A DNA stretch of 62,011 bases, the filler included, from Sphacelaria rigidula (Eukaryota), in assembly GCA_964200075.2 (NCBI GenBank). It is 5 parts of 5 records of this genome, joined end to end, with 100 filler letters (N's around TTAATTAATTAA, not from the genome) between each part and the next. Parts side by side here need not be neighbours in the genome. Positions count along the whole stretch, not along the records: positions 49,690 to 62,011 come from CAXNAA020003889.1; 4 more parts are not named here. The stretch is one strand, 5' to 3'. This document shows, one piece after another, positions 61,961 through 62,011 of this stretch; the first letter of the stretch is position 1, and every line of letters begins with the position of its first letter. A program made the position numbers and the translations under genes. The notes beneath the pieces were generated by a model, which had not been told where the DNA came from, did no database searches, and worked only from the letters and a program-made list of their open reading frames with translations.

Positions 61961-62011
61961 GAAGCGGCACTTGACTCCTATCTTACAGACCACCACGCCA
62001 AATAACACCTG

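Overview
Eukaryotic, intron-rich and repeat-dense DNA. A brown alga or related stramenopile is my inference from the intron style and transposon content; no taxonomic marker is present. Four N-flanked TTAATTAATTAA linkers show that the window is several joined contigs. Host genes: a DOMON/copper type II (DBH-like) monooxygenase missing both ends; a complete 7-exon AGC-family kinase with atypical motifs; a convergent minus-strand EF-hand gene of unknown family; and one phosphoglycerate mutase-like exon. Mobile DNA: four decayed Ty3/Gypsy copies from two chromodomain-bearing families (one nested in another), hAT-like and Sola-like non-autonomous elements, a tRNA-derived SINE and several dispersed repeats. 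The main observation is a 1.74-kb hAT-type element (27-bp TIRs, 8-bp TSD) inside an apparent coding exon. Its TIRs carry a splice donor and acceptor placed so that splicing would restore the reading frame, making it a candidate introner-like intron-gain event. This needs RNA evidence.
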